Shown piece after piece: positions 8,591-18,033 of a stretch of DNA of 64,000 nucleotides. The notes beneath the pieces were generated by a model that saw only the letters and a list, made by a program, of their open reading frames with translations, was not told where the DNA came from and did no database searches. This DNA comes from Candidatus Dojkabacteria bacterium. Lineage in GTDB: Bacteria; Patescibacteriota; Dojkabacteria; SC72. Positions within the stretch are counted from its first letter, which is position 1; every line of letters starts with the position of its first letter. The position numbers and the translations under genes are program-made. The DNA lies in NCBI GenBank assembly GCA_035271645.1, contig DATERJ010000012.1, forward strand, positions 93,551-157,550. The letters are read 5' to 3'.

Positions 8591-9608
8591 ACTTCATTAA
8601 AATATCTTCATTATCTACCCAGCTACCATTAAGATTCCCATTTGGATGGAAAACCATTTCATAGACTTTATCTTTATGTTTAGCTTTCTCTGCGTATAGC
8701 TTTTTAAGGTCTGCAGATTCGGAGCATACAACTACATTATTATATTGGTATATCTCTACATAGTAGTAATACCCTAAAATATTTTTGATAGGTACAAATT
8801 TGGGGTTTTTATCAATTTCTTTCCAGATGTCATTCAGTACTACTTTGTTTTCTTTGCAATATTTCATTTTTTCGATATTTGACATAGATTTTTCATCATA
8901 ATCCATCAGTTCTCTGAAGATGACATTATCAATTCCAAGCTTTTCATAGAATTGAATGTAGTTCTCTATGTCTTGCATTGTACTGATACCACTTTTTAGC
9001 AAGAGACAACTTAGTCTTGGTCTTAACTTTCTTTCCAAAGCATATGGTATTATTTGTGCTAAATCTTCATTAGAGCAATACCCTTCTCTATATCTCATTA
9101 TTTTCGTGTTTATATTGTCATCATAATGTGTTTTACTAATATTCAAATGATCAAAGTTATATTTGATTAGTAGATCGAGGATACTTTTACCATTGATTTT
9201 GTGTAATAGGTAGCTTCCATTTGTGGTTATGGTTCTTTTTCTCATATTATGTTTCTCTAAGAGTTCTAGAATACCTGGTAACTTAGGTGATGCAGTTGGT
9301 TCTCCACCAGTTAATGAAACACTTAAATTAAGGGGTTCTAACTTTGTTAGCACTTCATCTAACCTTTTGTAGTATTCATTAGTATTCTTAATTGTTTCTT
9401 TTTTGTAGATTTTAGCCACATTCTCATATCGTAGTTGTGCTACACAGAATTTACAGTCCGCATTACAGAAATCATCAACAAATATTGATAGATTACAATT
9501 CCCGTAGACCTTTTTCTTCAACCCATCAAAGTCAAAATCTATAAGCTCCTTTTGATTTATGTCAAAATTTGCTTGACGTGTATATCTTAGTTTTTCAAAT
9601 TCAGACAT
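8583..9608 (-). CDS. Radical SAM enzyme 1 (MoaA/viperin-like core, no SPASM/twitch Cys cluster)
   Basis: CNADCKFC (CxxxCxxC), then LTGGEPT (SAM glycine-rich motif) and TTNGSYLL. 341 aa; paralogous to 9619..10602. Confidence 0.75.
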   Translation of the reverse strand: MSEFEKLRYTRQANFDINQKELIDFDFDGLKKKVYGNCNLSIFVDDFCNADCKFCVAQLRYENVAKIYKKETIKNTNEYYKRLDEVLTKLEPLNLSVSLTGGEPTASPKLPGILELLEKHNMRKRTITTNGSYLLHKINGKSILDLLIKYNFDHLNISKTHYDDNINTKIMRYREGYCSNEDLAQIIPYALERKLRPRLSCLLLKSGISTMQDIENYIQFYEKLGIDNVIFRELMDYDEKSMSNIEKMKYCKENKVVLNDIWKEIDKNPKFVPIKNILGYYYYVEIYQYNNVVVCSESADLKKLYAEKAKHKDKVYEMVFHPNGNLNGSWVDNEDILMKYE

Positions 9609-9618
9609 GTTTTTATAT

Positions 9619-10602
9619 TTAATAATTTAATAAAACCTTACTTCTGTTATTCCAATCTGTATCCATCAAACGTCCGTCTGCATAGAAAACAAAATCTCTT
9701 ATAATGTCATTGTCGTAATCTTTTTCTGTATAGCACTTAACAATAGAATCTTCATAAGCAAATACTTGTACAGAGTAATAAAGTCCCTCCATATCTCTAA
9801 TATGTTTAAATTTTTGATTTTTTCTTAATTCCTTAACTATTTCTGATATGTCAACAAATTTATTCATGTAATTGTCATAATTAGGTGCAGATTTCTTAAT
9901 GTTGACTAGCTCCCTAAAGAGTGTAGTTTCAACTCCAAGGTTTTTATAGAAATCTCTATAATCTAGTATTTCTTTTAAGTTTGTTACTCCTCCTTTTTGT
10001 AGAGTACATCCCATTCGAACTCCCATTCCGTTTGTGTTACAAAATGTTGCAATCCTTTGTACATCTTCATTAGAGATGGCATATGGAGTCATCATAAGTT
10101 TTGAATTTACTCTTTGGTCTGAATGCATGCGACTAATATTTATATTCTGAACTACATTGTTTTCTAACATATGTTGTAATATTGGCTTGTTGTCAACTAA
10201 ATCTAGCAAGCCACTACCATTGGTTGAGAAACTTTTATATCTGTATCCATATCTTTTAATAAGTTGTAAGGTTGGTACTAATTTTGAACTTTTTGTAGGT
10301 TCTCCACCAGTTATAGCTATTGCTGGGTTTAAATCTTTTAGTTGGTTTAATACATAATCTAGTCTTTCAATATATTCTTTATCACTATTAATCTCTTTGG
10401 AGTAGAGATAATTATCCTCGTACTTATTCATACAGAAAGGACAATTAGCATTACATTTGTTAGTTATATATATTGTCAGAGAAGCATTCCCGTATACTCT
10501 GTATTTCTTTTTATTAAAAATCTTCTCTTTGATGTCATAAACCTCTATATTGTGTGTTTCAGTTCTTTCATTACTTGCTGGTGTAAATTTTATTGTATTC
10601 AT
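9619..10602 (-). CDS. Radical SAM enzyme 2 (paralogue of enzyme 1)
   Basis: CNANCPFC, then ITGGEPT and STNGSGLL. 327 aa. The C-terminal tail (…FYADGRLMDTDWNN) is similar to enzyme 1 (…FHPNGNLNGSWVDN). Confidence 0.75.
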   Translation of the reverse strand: MNTIKFTPASNERTETHNIEVYDIKEKIFNKKKYRVYGNASLTIYITNKCNANCPFCMNKYEDNYLYSKEINSDKEYIERLDYVLNQLKDLNPAIAITGGEPTKSSKLVPTLQLIKRYGYRYKSFSTNGSGLLDLVDNKPILQHMLENNVVQNINISRMHSDQRVNSKLMMTPYAISNEDVQRIATFCNTNGMGVRMGCTLQKGGVTNLKEILDYRDFYKNLGVETTLFRELVNIKKSAPNYDNYMNKFVDISEIVKELRKNQKFKHIRDMEGLYYSVQVFAYEDSIVKCYTEKDYDNDIIRDFVFYADGRLMDTDWNNRSKVLLNY

Positions 10603-11273
10603 TATTTTAACCCCCTTTCATAATTGCTTCTTGCTATTAAATCTTGCTTAAAGTTTTTACCATCGCAGGAGTAAATATACCAATCATCAACATTCTGGAC
10701 AATTACAGGCAAATCATATTCACTTTCGTTTTCATATTTTCCATATCGTTGTAGATAGTAAAGATTTGATATCTTCTCTAAATCTTTTTCTTTTATTAAT
10801 TTTTTTAACCAATCATCTTTTTTTCTCAATCTTACATTTAAAATAATGTTGAAGTCTTTTATGAATTCAGTAGAGAGGTGTAAATCTTTAGCCTCATCTA
10901 TACAATTCTTATTCATGTTATATAACCAATAGTTGATACTAATTTTTATAAGAACAGGTGTTTTGTACCATTTGTGAAGTTCAACTAATCTATGTATATG
11001 TCTTTTAAGTAATATGCCATTTGTTACTATGATTATTTTCTTACATCTATTTGTACTTTGAGCGTATTCTATAAATAGATATAAGTCTTTGTGTAGGAGT
11101 GGTTCTCCGCCTTCGAGTTGAAGTTCGAAGTCATCATCATATGAGTCTATAATTTCTTTAAATTTATCAAATGAGATGAAAGTGGTTTTTGATGATTCGG
11201 ACCACATGCAGCAAAATTCGCAATCCGCATTACACTTGTTGGTTAGATTAATATATATTCTTATTAGTTTCAT
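10602..11273 (-). CDS. Radical SAM enzyme 3 (short, QueE/NrdG-activase-like size)
   Basis: CNADCEFCC, then LEGGEPLL. 223 aa. Its stop overlaps the start of enzyme 2 (ATGA). Confidence 0.7.
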   Translation of the reverse strand: MKLIRIYINLTNKCNADCEFCCMWSESSKTTFISFDKFKEIIDSYDDDFELQLEGGEPLLHKDLYLFIEYAQSTNRCKKIIIVTNGILLKRHIHRLVELHKWYKTPVLIKISINYWLYNMNKNCIDEAKDLHLSTEFIKDFNIILNVRLRKKDDWLKKLIKEKDLEKISNLYYLQRYGKYENESEYDLPVIVQNVDDWYIYSCDGKNFKQDLIARSNYERGLK

Positions 11274-11312
11274 TGTGTTGTTTTAATACAGATATATGTT
11301 ATTTACATTTTG

Positions 11313-11341
11313 ATAATATCACACCTAGGGGTATCTGTCAA
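11313..11341 (-). promoter_or_regulatory. Near-consensus sigma70 promoter (TTGACA-17-TATTAT) for the rSAM3-rSAM2-rSAM1-kinase operon
   Basis: Minus-strand reading is CACTTGACAGATACCCCTAGGTGTGATATTATC. The -35 is plus 11336-11341 and the -10 is plus 11313-11318, about 35 nt upstream of the ATG at 11273. Confidence 0.5.
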
Positions 11342-11396
11342 GTGTGTGAAAATGATTACTAATCTAAGCATGTTATCTAAATTTAAACATTATGGA

Positions 11397-12077
11397 TTAT
11401 ATCTCTATCTGAGAGTTAAAATCCCATGTAGAATATAGATTACCATCTGTTCTGTATACCAGATATCTGTTTGTACTATCCATACATGATTCATCAACCC
11501 ACACATTATATTTCTCTCTTAATGTTTGAGCTTCTGTAGTTGAAAAAGTCTGTCTATGTTCTTCTATATATGCATCTACCTTAGGGTGATGGTTTGATGT
11601 TTTTTGTAAGTATTTAACTGTTATCTGTTTATCATCCCCTGCTCTTTCTCTTAACCTTACGATATCGGTATATGATAATTGATCTGTTAGGATAACTGTA
11701 TATCTAGTAATTCCAAAATCAGCAACTGGAAGCTTAGTTGGAATTTTATTCATAGAATATGCTACTACATCTATTTCAGGAAGACCTTTGAAGTTCTGAT
11801 TAGCTGTTTGTATTTCTACTTTACACTCTTTATGTTTAGAAAGTATTTTTAAGGAGTTGGTTATAAAATCAGGAAAGAGTGTTGGTTCTGTCATTCCTGT
11901 AATGACAACGGTAGATATATTGTGATTGGTTATGACATTGTCTAATCTTTTTAAATATAACTCTGTATTATTATTGTAGAAATCATCGTTATATGGATTC
12001 TCTCCCTCAAAAGCTGATACACAATATGGACAACCATATGGACACTTAATATATGGACTGGTTAGTTGTAGGTTCAT
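11397..12077 (-). CDS. Radical SAM enzyme 4 (divergent; CPYGCPYC cluster)
   Basis: The N-terminal CPYGCPYC fits CxxxCxxC. ITGMTEPTLF replaces the GGEP motif. 226 aa. Confidence 0.6.
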   Translation of the reverse strand: MNLQLTSPYIKCPYGCPYCVSAFEGENPYNDDFYNNNTELYLKRLDNVITNHNISTVVITGMTEPTLFPDFITNSLKILSKHKECKVEIQTANQNFKGLPEIDVVAYSMNKIPTKLPVADFGITRYTVILTDQLSYTDIVRLRERAGDDKQITVKYLQKTSNHHPKVDAYIEEHRQTFSTTEAQTLREKYNVWVDESCMDSTNRYLVYRTDGNLYSTWDFNSQIEI

Positions 12078-12100
12078 TTTTGTTAAAATATTGGTAAGAA

Positions 12101-12184
12101 TGCAGGAAGAGGGAATCGAACCCTCACTCTATTGCTAGAACGGGATTTTAAGTCCCGCGCGTCTGCCTATTCCGCCATTCCTGC
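12101..12184 (-). tRNA. tRNA-Leu (anticodon TAA), long variable arm, CCA not encoded
   Basis: Reverse complement GCAGGAATGGCGGAATAGGCAGACGCGCGGGACTTAAAATCCCGT…GAGGGTTCGATTCCCTCTTCCTGCA shows a cloverleaf with a CTTAAAA anticodon loop. Confidence 0.85.
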
Positions 12185-12227
12185 TAATAGGTGTGTGTAT
12201 TCTATCAAAAAAGACTTAGAAATATAA

Positions 12228-12299
12228 GGTGACGACGGGATTCGAACCCGTGGTAGTGGTTTTGCAGACCACGGCCTTAACCAGCTTGGCTACGTCACC
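12228..12299 (-). tRNA. tRNA-Cys (anticodon GCA)
   Basis: Reverse complement GGTGACGTAGCCAAGCTGGTTAAGGCCGTGGTCTGCAAAACCACTACCACGGGTTCGAATCCCGTCGTCACCT, with discriminator U. Confidence 0.85.
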
Positions 12300-13703
12300 C
12301 TAGAGATTAAGAATATCTTTGACAGTTAAGATTTCTAATATACTATCTGAGTCTTTGTTTTTAATAGAGCTTCCGCTAATTATAGCGATTTTGTCTAATA
12401 AATCCAACTCCCCACTACCATATACTTTTTCTACTGCAAGAATAACGTTGGCATCTCGATCATCAGATAGTTCTTTTATGTGGAATGTTTTTACTCCACG
12501 ATAGATAGCATTCTCTCGGACTGTTTTAATAGAGGAATTAAGAACATAGATTGGTACATTAGGTCTGTGTCTACTAACACTACCTACAATACCTTCTGAA
12601 TTAGATATGATTATGATTCCCTTAATTCCAATTTCCTCAGTTAGTTTACATACTGTTAAACCCAAACAATCTTCATGTTCACCTGCAGATGTTTTTCCTT
12701 CAATTGGTGAGAGCTTCATAATGGCTTCTGTTTTCATTGCAATTCTATTCATTGTTTGGACAGCTTCAACAGGATAATTCCCAGTAGAGGTTTCGGCAGA
12801 GAGCATTACACAGTCAGTTCCATCCATTACTGCGTTTGCTACATCTGACACCTCTGCTCTTGTTGGTCTCTTGTTCTCTCTCATAGACTCCAGCATCTGT
12901 GTTGCAACAATTACTGGTTTACCTGCTTGTCTACATTTGAAGATTAACTGCTTCTGAATAATGGGAACATCTTCTAAATCCATCTCTACTCCCATATCTC
13001 CCCTAGCAATCATTACAGCATCTGTCTCTTTAAGTATCTCATCAAAATTTGCAACACCTTGCTCATTCTCTATCTTCGCAATGACCTTAGTTCCATTCTC
13101 CCCTATCAACTTTCTAACTAAAAGAATATCCTCTTTACTTCTTACAAATGAAGCACTAATGAAGTCAAAGCCATGATTTGCGGCATATATGATATCCTTC
13201 TCATCTTTTTCTGTTAGCGCTGGAAAGTTAAGATTAACAGAAGGAATGTTGACAGTTTTGTTAGGCTTTAGAATACCACTCTGAATGACATCACACAGAA
13301 CCTCAGTACCTTTAATCTGTTTAACTATTAGTTGAATATTTCCATCATCAAGCATAATCTTTGTACCAATTACAACATCTTCATGAAGTGTTGGATATGT
13401 AACTTTAATGATATTTTCATTTGGATTATCTACAGAAGAAAGAACAAGTGTGTCTTTAACCTCAACCTCTTTGGCTAATCCCCTAACTCTAATCTTTGTT
13501 CCTTGTGTATCTAGAATGGTTGCAATTCTGGGAGATATATCCCTAAGTTGTTTTGATACTCTTTCCAATTCCGCTTCATCGGCAAAAGAAGCATTAATTC
13601 TAGCTAGCCTCATGCCATTCTCATACATCTTTTGGAGTATCTCATTATCCCATGTAGAGGGACCTATGGTGGCTACAATTTTTGTTTTTGCGACATTTTT
13701 CAT
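12300..13703 (-). CDS. pyk: Pyruvate kinase
   Basis: 467 aa. MKNVAKTKIVATIGPST… N-terminus and a conserved …MIARGDMGVE… motif. Confidence 0.85.
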   Translation of the reverse strand: MKNVAKTKIVATIGPSTWDNEILQKMYENGMRLARINASFADEAELERVSKQLRDISPRIATILDTQGTKIRVRGLAKEVEVKDTLVLSSVDNPNENIIKVTYPTLHEDVVIGTKIMLDDGNIQLIVKQIKGTEVLCDVIQSGILKPNKTVNIPSVNLNFPALTEKDEKDIIYAANHGFDFISASFVRSKEDILLVRKLIGENGTKVIAKIENEQGVANFDEILKETDAVMIARGDMGVEMDLEDVPIIQKQLIFKCRQAGKPVIVATQMLESMRENKRPTRAEVSDVANAVMDGTDCVMLSAETSTGNYPVEAVQTMNRIAMKTEAIMKLSPIEGKTSAGEHEDCLGLTVCKLTEEIGIKGIIIISNSEGIVGSVSRHRPNVPIYVLNSSIKTVRENAIYRGVKTFHIKELSDDRDANVILAVEKVYGSGELDLLDKIAIISGSSIKNKDSDSILEILTVKDILNL

Positions 13704-13793
13704 TTGAGCAGTTTCTTAATATTTTAGTATACAGCATTGTAAAAGTTTTGGGAATCTAGTATCCTAAGGTTAGTAAATTGTAGGTTTATTTTA

Positions 13794-14201
13794 ATGAAAG
13801 AAGGTTCAAAATTAGTTCTTGTTGGGATGCTAGTGCTCTATTTCGTTCTAAGTTTGTTTGGAGATGCTTTTCAATTACCAGAATCTTTTCTCTATCTCTT
13901 CCTAACTCTTTTAGGAGGTGGGATTGCTTTGCTTCTTGCTTGCCCTGTTCTTAACTTTTTGACAGTTAAATGTAACTTCATAACCTTTCTTTTGATGGGA
14001 ACTTTAATTTTAACAGGAGTATTGCTCTTAATGAACTTAATTATGGTTGGTTTTACTGTTAATGAATTTCAGTTTGCTGGATTGAAATTAGGTAATGTCC
14101 AAATTAATGAATTTAAAGTAATTCCCCTTGTGTCTATCGCTATCGCTTCTTTTCTAGCATCATTGTTAACAGCAATATACAAAGAGCTTGATAGGGAGTA
14201 A
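13794..14201 (+). CDS. Hypothetical membrane protein (4 TM)
   Basis: Hydrophobic 135-aa ORF with no recognisable motif. Confidence 0.4.
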   Translation: MKEGSKLVLVGMLVLYFVLSLFGDAFQLPESFLYLFLTLLGGGIALLLACPVLNFLTVKCNFITFLLMGTLILTGVLLLMNLIMVGFTVNEFQFAGLKLGNVQINEFKVIPLVSIAIASFLASLLTAIYKELDRE

Positions 14202-14215
14202 TTTTTCTTAATTTA

Positions 14216-14458
14216 GTGTATAATTCAATTATGGATACAACAAAAATATTATCGATAGTACAAATAGTGGTCTGTGTAATACTTGTTATCAGTATTCTTC
14301 TTCAAAACAGAGCTGAGGGTTTGGGACAGATGTTTGGAGGAGGTGGTGAGATATTTAGAACTAAGAGGGGTTTAGAAAAATTCCTTTACTATCTAACAAT
14401 TGGAATGATTGCAGTATTAGTTATCACCTCTGTAGTGATTTTGAAGCTCTCTTCTTAG
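14216..14458 (+). CDS. secG: Preprotein translocase subunit SecG
   Basis: An 80-aa two-TM protein with the SecG signature …LLQNRAEGLGQMFGGGG…. Confidence 0.6.
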   Translation: MYNSIMDTTKILSIVQIVVCVILVISILLQNRAEGLGQMFGGGGEIFRTKRGLEKFLYYLTIGMIAVLVITSVVILKLSS

Positions 14459-14481
14459 GTAGATAACCAGCTGGTAATTTT

Positions 14482-16248
14482 ATGAAAAAGAAGAAAAGAG
14501 ATATTGTTGCTGATAATACGATGAAGGATGCTCTTGAGGACTTGAATATTTCAGCTCCTTCAACTTCTCCTGAGAAGAAATTTAGTATTCGTGATGCCAT
14601 TTGGAATTATCCTAAAACCTTCCTCATGCTCTACAAGAAGTTAATTCCACTTAGCTATATTTTCCTTTTTGCAATCGTGGCAGGTATTTTAGTTTTGTTT
14701 TTAAATAGCTCTGTGGTTAGTAAGGTGGGTAAGGAAAGTGTTAGGAAAGACACTTTTGTCGAGGGTTTAGTTGGAACTGTTGATTCTCTAAATCCTTTGT
14801 TTGTGACAAATAACTTTTCGGATAGAGCTATCCAGAGTCTTGTTTTTCAGAAATTTGTTAATATTGATAATGAGGGAAATCCAATAGCAGGTGTGGCAAG
14901 TAGTTGGATTACCAGTGAAAATGGATTGGTTGTAGATTTTAAGATAGATGATGGATTGAAATGGAGTGATGGTAGCGATTTAACAGTAGATGATGTTGTT
15001 TTTACTTTCGAGACTGCCATTGCTCTTGCTAAACGTAGTGGTTTTGACTCTGTGGGAGAGGCTTTTCAGGATATAGGGGTGGAGAAAATTGATAATGAAA
15101 CAGTTAGGTTTCAATTGAAGGAGAGAAATCCTGTTTTTTTTAAAGCGATATCTATATATATAGTTCCAAAATCTAGACTTGAAGAGGTTGATGTTGGGAG
15201 GATGGCATTTGATCACTTTGCTAAATATCCGATGGGAAGTGGAAAATTTCATGTTGTAAAGATAGATGATTACGAGGTTGTGCTCGAGGACAATGAGTAT
15301 GATAAGTATGAGCCAAAGATTAAGAAGCTTGTATTAAAGATATATCCAACATTGGAAGCAGAAGAGATGGCTTTTAGAGTGGGAAATTTAGATGCCGTTG
15401 GTGGATGGGATAGGAAATCGTTTAGGTATACAGAGGAGTACAGGAATTATTCTAAATATTCTATGACTATTAGGGATAGAGAGAAACTAATTTTCTTTAA
15501 TCTTCGTAAGGATTCTTTGAAGAATGAGAATATGCGAAGGGCTCTAAACTATCTGCTTGATAAGGAGAGGTATCTGGAGGAGCTTGATGTTGGAGGTGAG
15601 ATTATGCATGGTCCATTCCCTAAGACTTCTTGGGCATATAGTGATGATTTTGAGAAGTATCAATACAATCCGCAGAAAGCTAAAGAGTTGTTAAAGGATT
15701 TGGGATATGTAATGAATACTGAGAGTGGTTATTATGAAACGGAGAATAAGGAGATTCTTAACTTCACTCTTAGCTATCTTGATACACCTACAAATAGTAG
15801 AATGGCAGAGTTGTTGATTGATTATTACAAAAAGGAGGGAGTATTTCTTAAGGGTAATGGGGTTGGGTATGATCAGATTACACAAGAAATTATTGCAACA
15901 AGAAATTTTGAGATGCTTCTTTATGAAGTGGAGACAGCAATAGACCCAGATCAGTATAATCTATGGCATTCACTTAAAGTTAATTATCCAGATTTGAATC
16001 TTTCAGGATATGATTATGAAAGAGTAGATATTTTGCTTGAGGAGGCTAGACAGACAATAAACAAGGATACAAGAAAACAGAAGTATACTTTGTTTCAGAG
16101 GTATCTAAATAATGACAGTCCTGTGATTTTTCTCTATAACCCATCTTTTGAATATATTGTTGATTCAGGACTTAAAGGAATCGACTTGGAATCTATAAAT
16201 AACTCGTATGATAGATTTCATAATATTGAAGAATGGTATTGGGAGTAA
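14482..16248 (+). CDS. ABC transporter substrate-binding protein, family 5 (peptide/nickel type), membrane-anchored
   Basis: 588 aa with an N-terminal TM helix. Its size and composition are typical of SBP_bac_5 (Opp/Dpp-like) proteins. Confidence 0.55.
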   Translation: MKKKKRDIVADNTMKDALEDLNISAPSTSPEKKFSIRDAIWNYPKTFLMLYKKLIPLSYIFLFAIVAGILVLFLNSSVVSKVGKESVRKDTFVEGLVGTVDSLNPLFVTNNFSDRAIQSLVFQKFVNIDNEGNPIAGVASSWITSENGLVVDFKIDDGLKWSDGSDLTVDDVVFTFETAIALAKRSGFDSVGEAFQDIGVEKIDNETVRFQLKERNPVFFKAISIYIVPKSRLEEVDVGRMAFDHFAKYPMGSGKFHVVKIDDYEVVLEDNEYDKYEPKIKKLVLKIYPTLEAEEMAFRVGNLDAVGGWDRKSFRYTEEYRNYSKYSMTIRDREKLIFFNLRKDSLKNENMRRALNYLLDKERYLEELDVGGEIMHGPFPKTSWAYSDDFEKYQYNPQKAKELLKDLGYVMNTESGYYETENKEILNFTLSYLDTPTNSRMAELLIDYYKKEGVFLKGNGVGYDQITQEIIATRNFEMLLYEVETAIDPDQYNLWHSLKVNYPDLNLSGYDYERVDILLEEARQTINKDTRKQKYTLFQRYLNNDSPVIFLYNPSFEYIVDSGLKGIDLESINNSYDRFHNIEEWYWE

Positions 16249-16331
16249 TGCCAAGGGGGGGAGTTGAACCCCCACCCTATTGCTAGGACTACGTTCTGAA
16301 CGTAGCGTGTCTGCCATTTCACCACCCTGGC
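16249..16331 (-). tRNA. tRNA-Leu (anticodon CAG), long variable arm
   Basis: Reverse complement GCCAGGGTGGTGAAATGGCAGACACGCTACGTTCAGAACGTAGTCCTAGCAATAGGGTGGGGGTTCAACTCCCCCCTTGGCA. It abuts the SBP stop codon. Confidence 0.85.
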
Positions 16332-16333
16332 AA

Positions 16334-17470
16334 CTATTTCTTTGAGGTTAATGATACTTTTACTTTCTTCTTCTCCTTTCCTTTATCATCATCAGGGTCT
16401 TCATGTTTAAAATCCTTAAGGAAATCTATCTTTGTGACAATTCTTTCTTTCTCTTCTTTTTTAGGTTCCTCTTCAGATTTACTGGCAGTCTTTATCTCAT
16501 TTATCACTACTGGTTCTACATTTTCCTCCTCTTCAATAGGTTGCTCTTCAACAGGCTTTTCAAATCCAACTTCTTTATTAATCAATTTCTCTCTTAGTGT
16601 CATAGGTTTTTCCTCGGTGTTAATGGGTTTCTCTAGTGTCTTAGATGCGATTTCAACTACTTTGTTCTCTCTGTTTTTCTGAGAGATTGTTGTAAAAAGT
16701 AAACCGAAAAGTATCCCTAAAACTAATGCAGATGCAAGGAGCATTATTAAATCAGTATTAGTAGAGAAAACTTCTTTGATATTAGTACTATCAATATCTT
16801 TGAAGGAGAAGTGGATTTTCTGTCTTTCATCTTCTTTAATCTCTGGCTTCTGGTTGTTTCCAATATCTAATGTCATCGAATCTGCTAAGTTACTTGCGTA
16901 TCCGTATTTTCTTACATATGCTGTAAAGGAATAGGTTCCTGTTGGTATACTATCAACAACTTCAATTCTCCATTTTCCATCCTCATCAACCTCTCCTACT
17001 TTGGTAATCATTTTTTTATCTGTACTTAGTAGTAGAATTACCTCTGAACCTGCAAGTCCAGAACCAGAGAAGATTATCTGTGATGTTTCTACAGAGGGGG
17101 TATTTAATATTGGAGCTCTAGGAATGATAATAATTTCCTTATCTATTGTTTGTGTTGCACCATATTTGTCTACAAACTTGAATTTAAGTAGGTGATTCCC
17201 AATACTTAGAGCTGGCAATGAGTATGGACTTTTTATTGTAGTAAAGCCTTTTTTATCTATCTCCAAGTGAACACCTTCCTTCTCTGTTGATGGGTCACTA
17301 AATGTAATAATTAGGCTTGGATTATCAGTTATTGTCGGTAGTTCTAGTGCAAGTTCTTCAATTGTAATTGTTTTTCCCTCTTCTTTGTTGTTCTCTGCAA
17401 AAACAAGGAAAGGTGAAAAGATAAATGATAATATTACGAGAACGATTGATGCTTTTTTAAGAAATTTCAT
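16334..17470 (-). CDS. Hypothetical secreted/anchored protein (signal peptide, C-terminal TM, Lys/Glu-rich tail)
   Basis: N-terminal MKFLKKASIVLVILSFIFSPFLVFA signal peptide. A TM helix near residue 250 is followed by a charged low-complexity tail. Confidence 0.4.
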   Translation of the reverse strand: MKFLKKASIVLVILSFIFSPFLVFAENNKEEGKTITIEELALELPTITDNPSLIITFSDPSTEKEGVHLEIDKKGFTTIKSPYSLPALSIGNHLLKFKFVDKYGATQTIDKEIIIIPRAPILNTPSVETSQIIFSGSGLAGSEVILLLSTDKKMITKVGEVDEDGKWRIEVVDSIPTGTYSFTAYVRKYGYASNLADSMTLDIGNNQKPEIKEDERQKIHFSFKDIDSTNIKEVFSTNTDLIMLLASALVLGILFGLLFTTISQKNRENKVVEIASKTLEKPINTEEKPMTLREKLINKEVGFEKPVEEQPIEEEENVEPVVINEIKTASKSEEEPKKEEKERIVTKIDFLKDFKHEDPDDDKGKEKKKVKVSLTSKK

Positions 17471-17496
17471 TTTAGGCAGAATTTAATTAAATTAAT

Positions 17497-17970
17497 TTAT
17501 ATCCTATCGATAAATAATACACCATCTAGGTGGTCAATTTCATGTTGTATAGTAATTGCATTAAAATCACTATATTTTTCTGTATGCCACTGACCCTTTT
17601 TGTCCTGATATTTGATTTTCACCCTCCTATATCTTAATACTTTTTCCTCTCGATTGGGAACACTTAGACAAGATTCCATCTCTTTGCTTTTTACAAAACC
17701 AATTGGTTCTACCGTTGGGTTGATAAAAAGTTTCCACTCATCGGTATCGTAATCTAGAATGTAAAAGATCCTTTTATTTACACCAACCTGTGGTGATGCG
17801 ATTCCACCTGCAGGTTCTTCACTCTCTTGTGCAGTAAGTAGGAGGTCATCTAGAAACTCTTGAAACTCTTTAGAGTTAAACTCTTCCTCTTTAACAGGAA
17901 TACTCGGTGTCCTTAATGAAACCTCATCTTCCTTTTTATCAATTTTTAGTATTCTTAAAGCCTTTGCCAT
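17497..17970 (-). CDS. def: Peptide deformylase
   Basis: PDF motifs GIASPQVG (G-phi-AAxQ), ESCLSVP (EGCLS) and QHEIDHLDG (HExxH). Confidence 0.85.
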   Translation of the reverse strand: MAKALRILKIDKKEDEVSLRTPSIPVKEEEFNSKEFQEFLDDLLLTAQESEEPAGGIASPQVGVNKRIFYILDYDTDEWKLFINPTVEPIGFVKSKEMESCLSVPNREEKVLRYRRVKIKYQDKKGQWHTEKYSDFNAITIQHEIDHLDGVLFIDRI

Positions 17971-18033
17971 AATGAAAGTATATCATATTTAGATGTGAGG
18001 ATTTTGTGATGTTGTTTAATGTAAAATGATTAA

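Noticed and set aside
8583-12077. Radical-SAM cluster as HydE/HydG/HydF hydrogenase maturases for the HydA-like gene
   Set aside because: Sizes do not fit (HydG ~470 aa, HydE ~350 aa, HydF ~400-aa GTPase). The P-loop protein is a 190-aa kinase-like protein, and no HydG C-terminal Cys cluster is present.
8583-12077. Radical-SAM cluster as a RiPP (sactipeptide/ranthipeptide) maturase set
   Set aside because: No SPASM/twitch auxiliary Cys clusters, no RRE-like N-domain, and no obvious precursor peptide or transporter/protease. The possibility is kept open only for ORFs under 60 aa.
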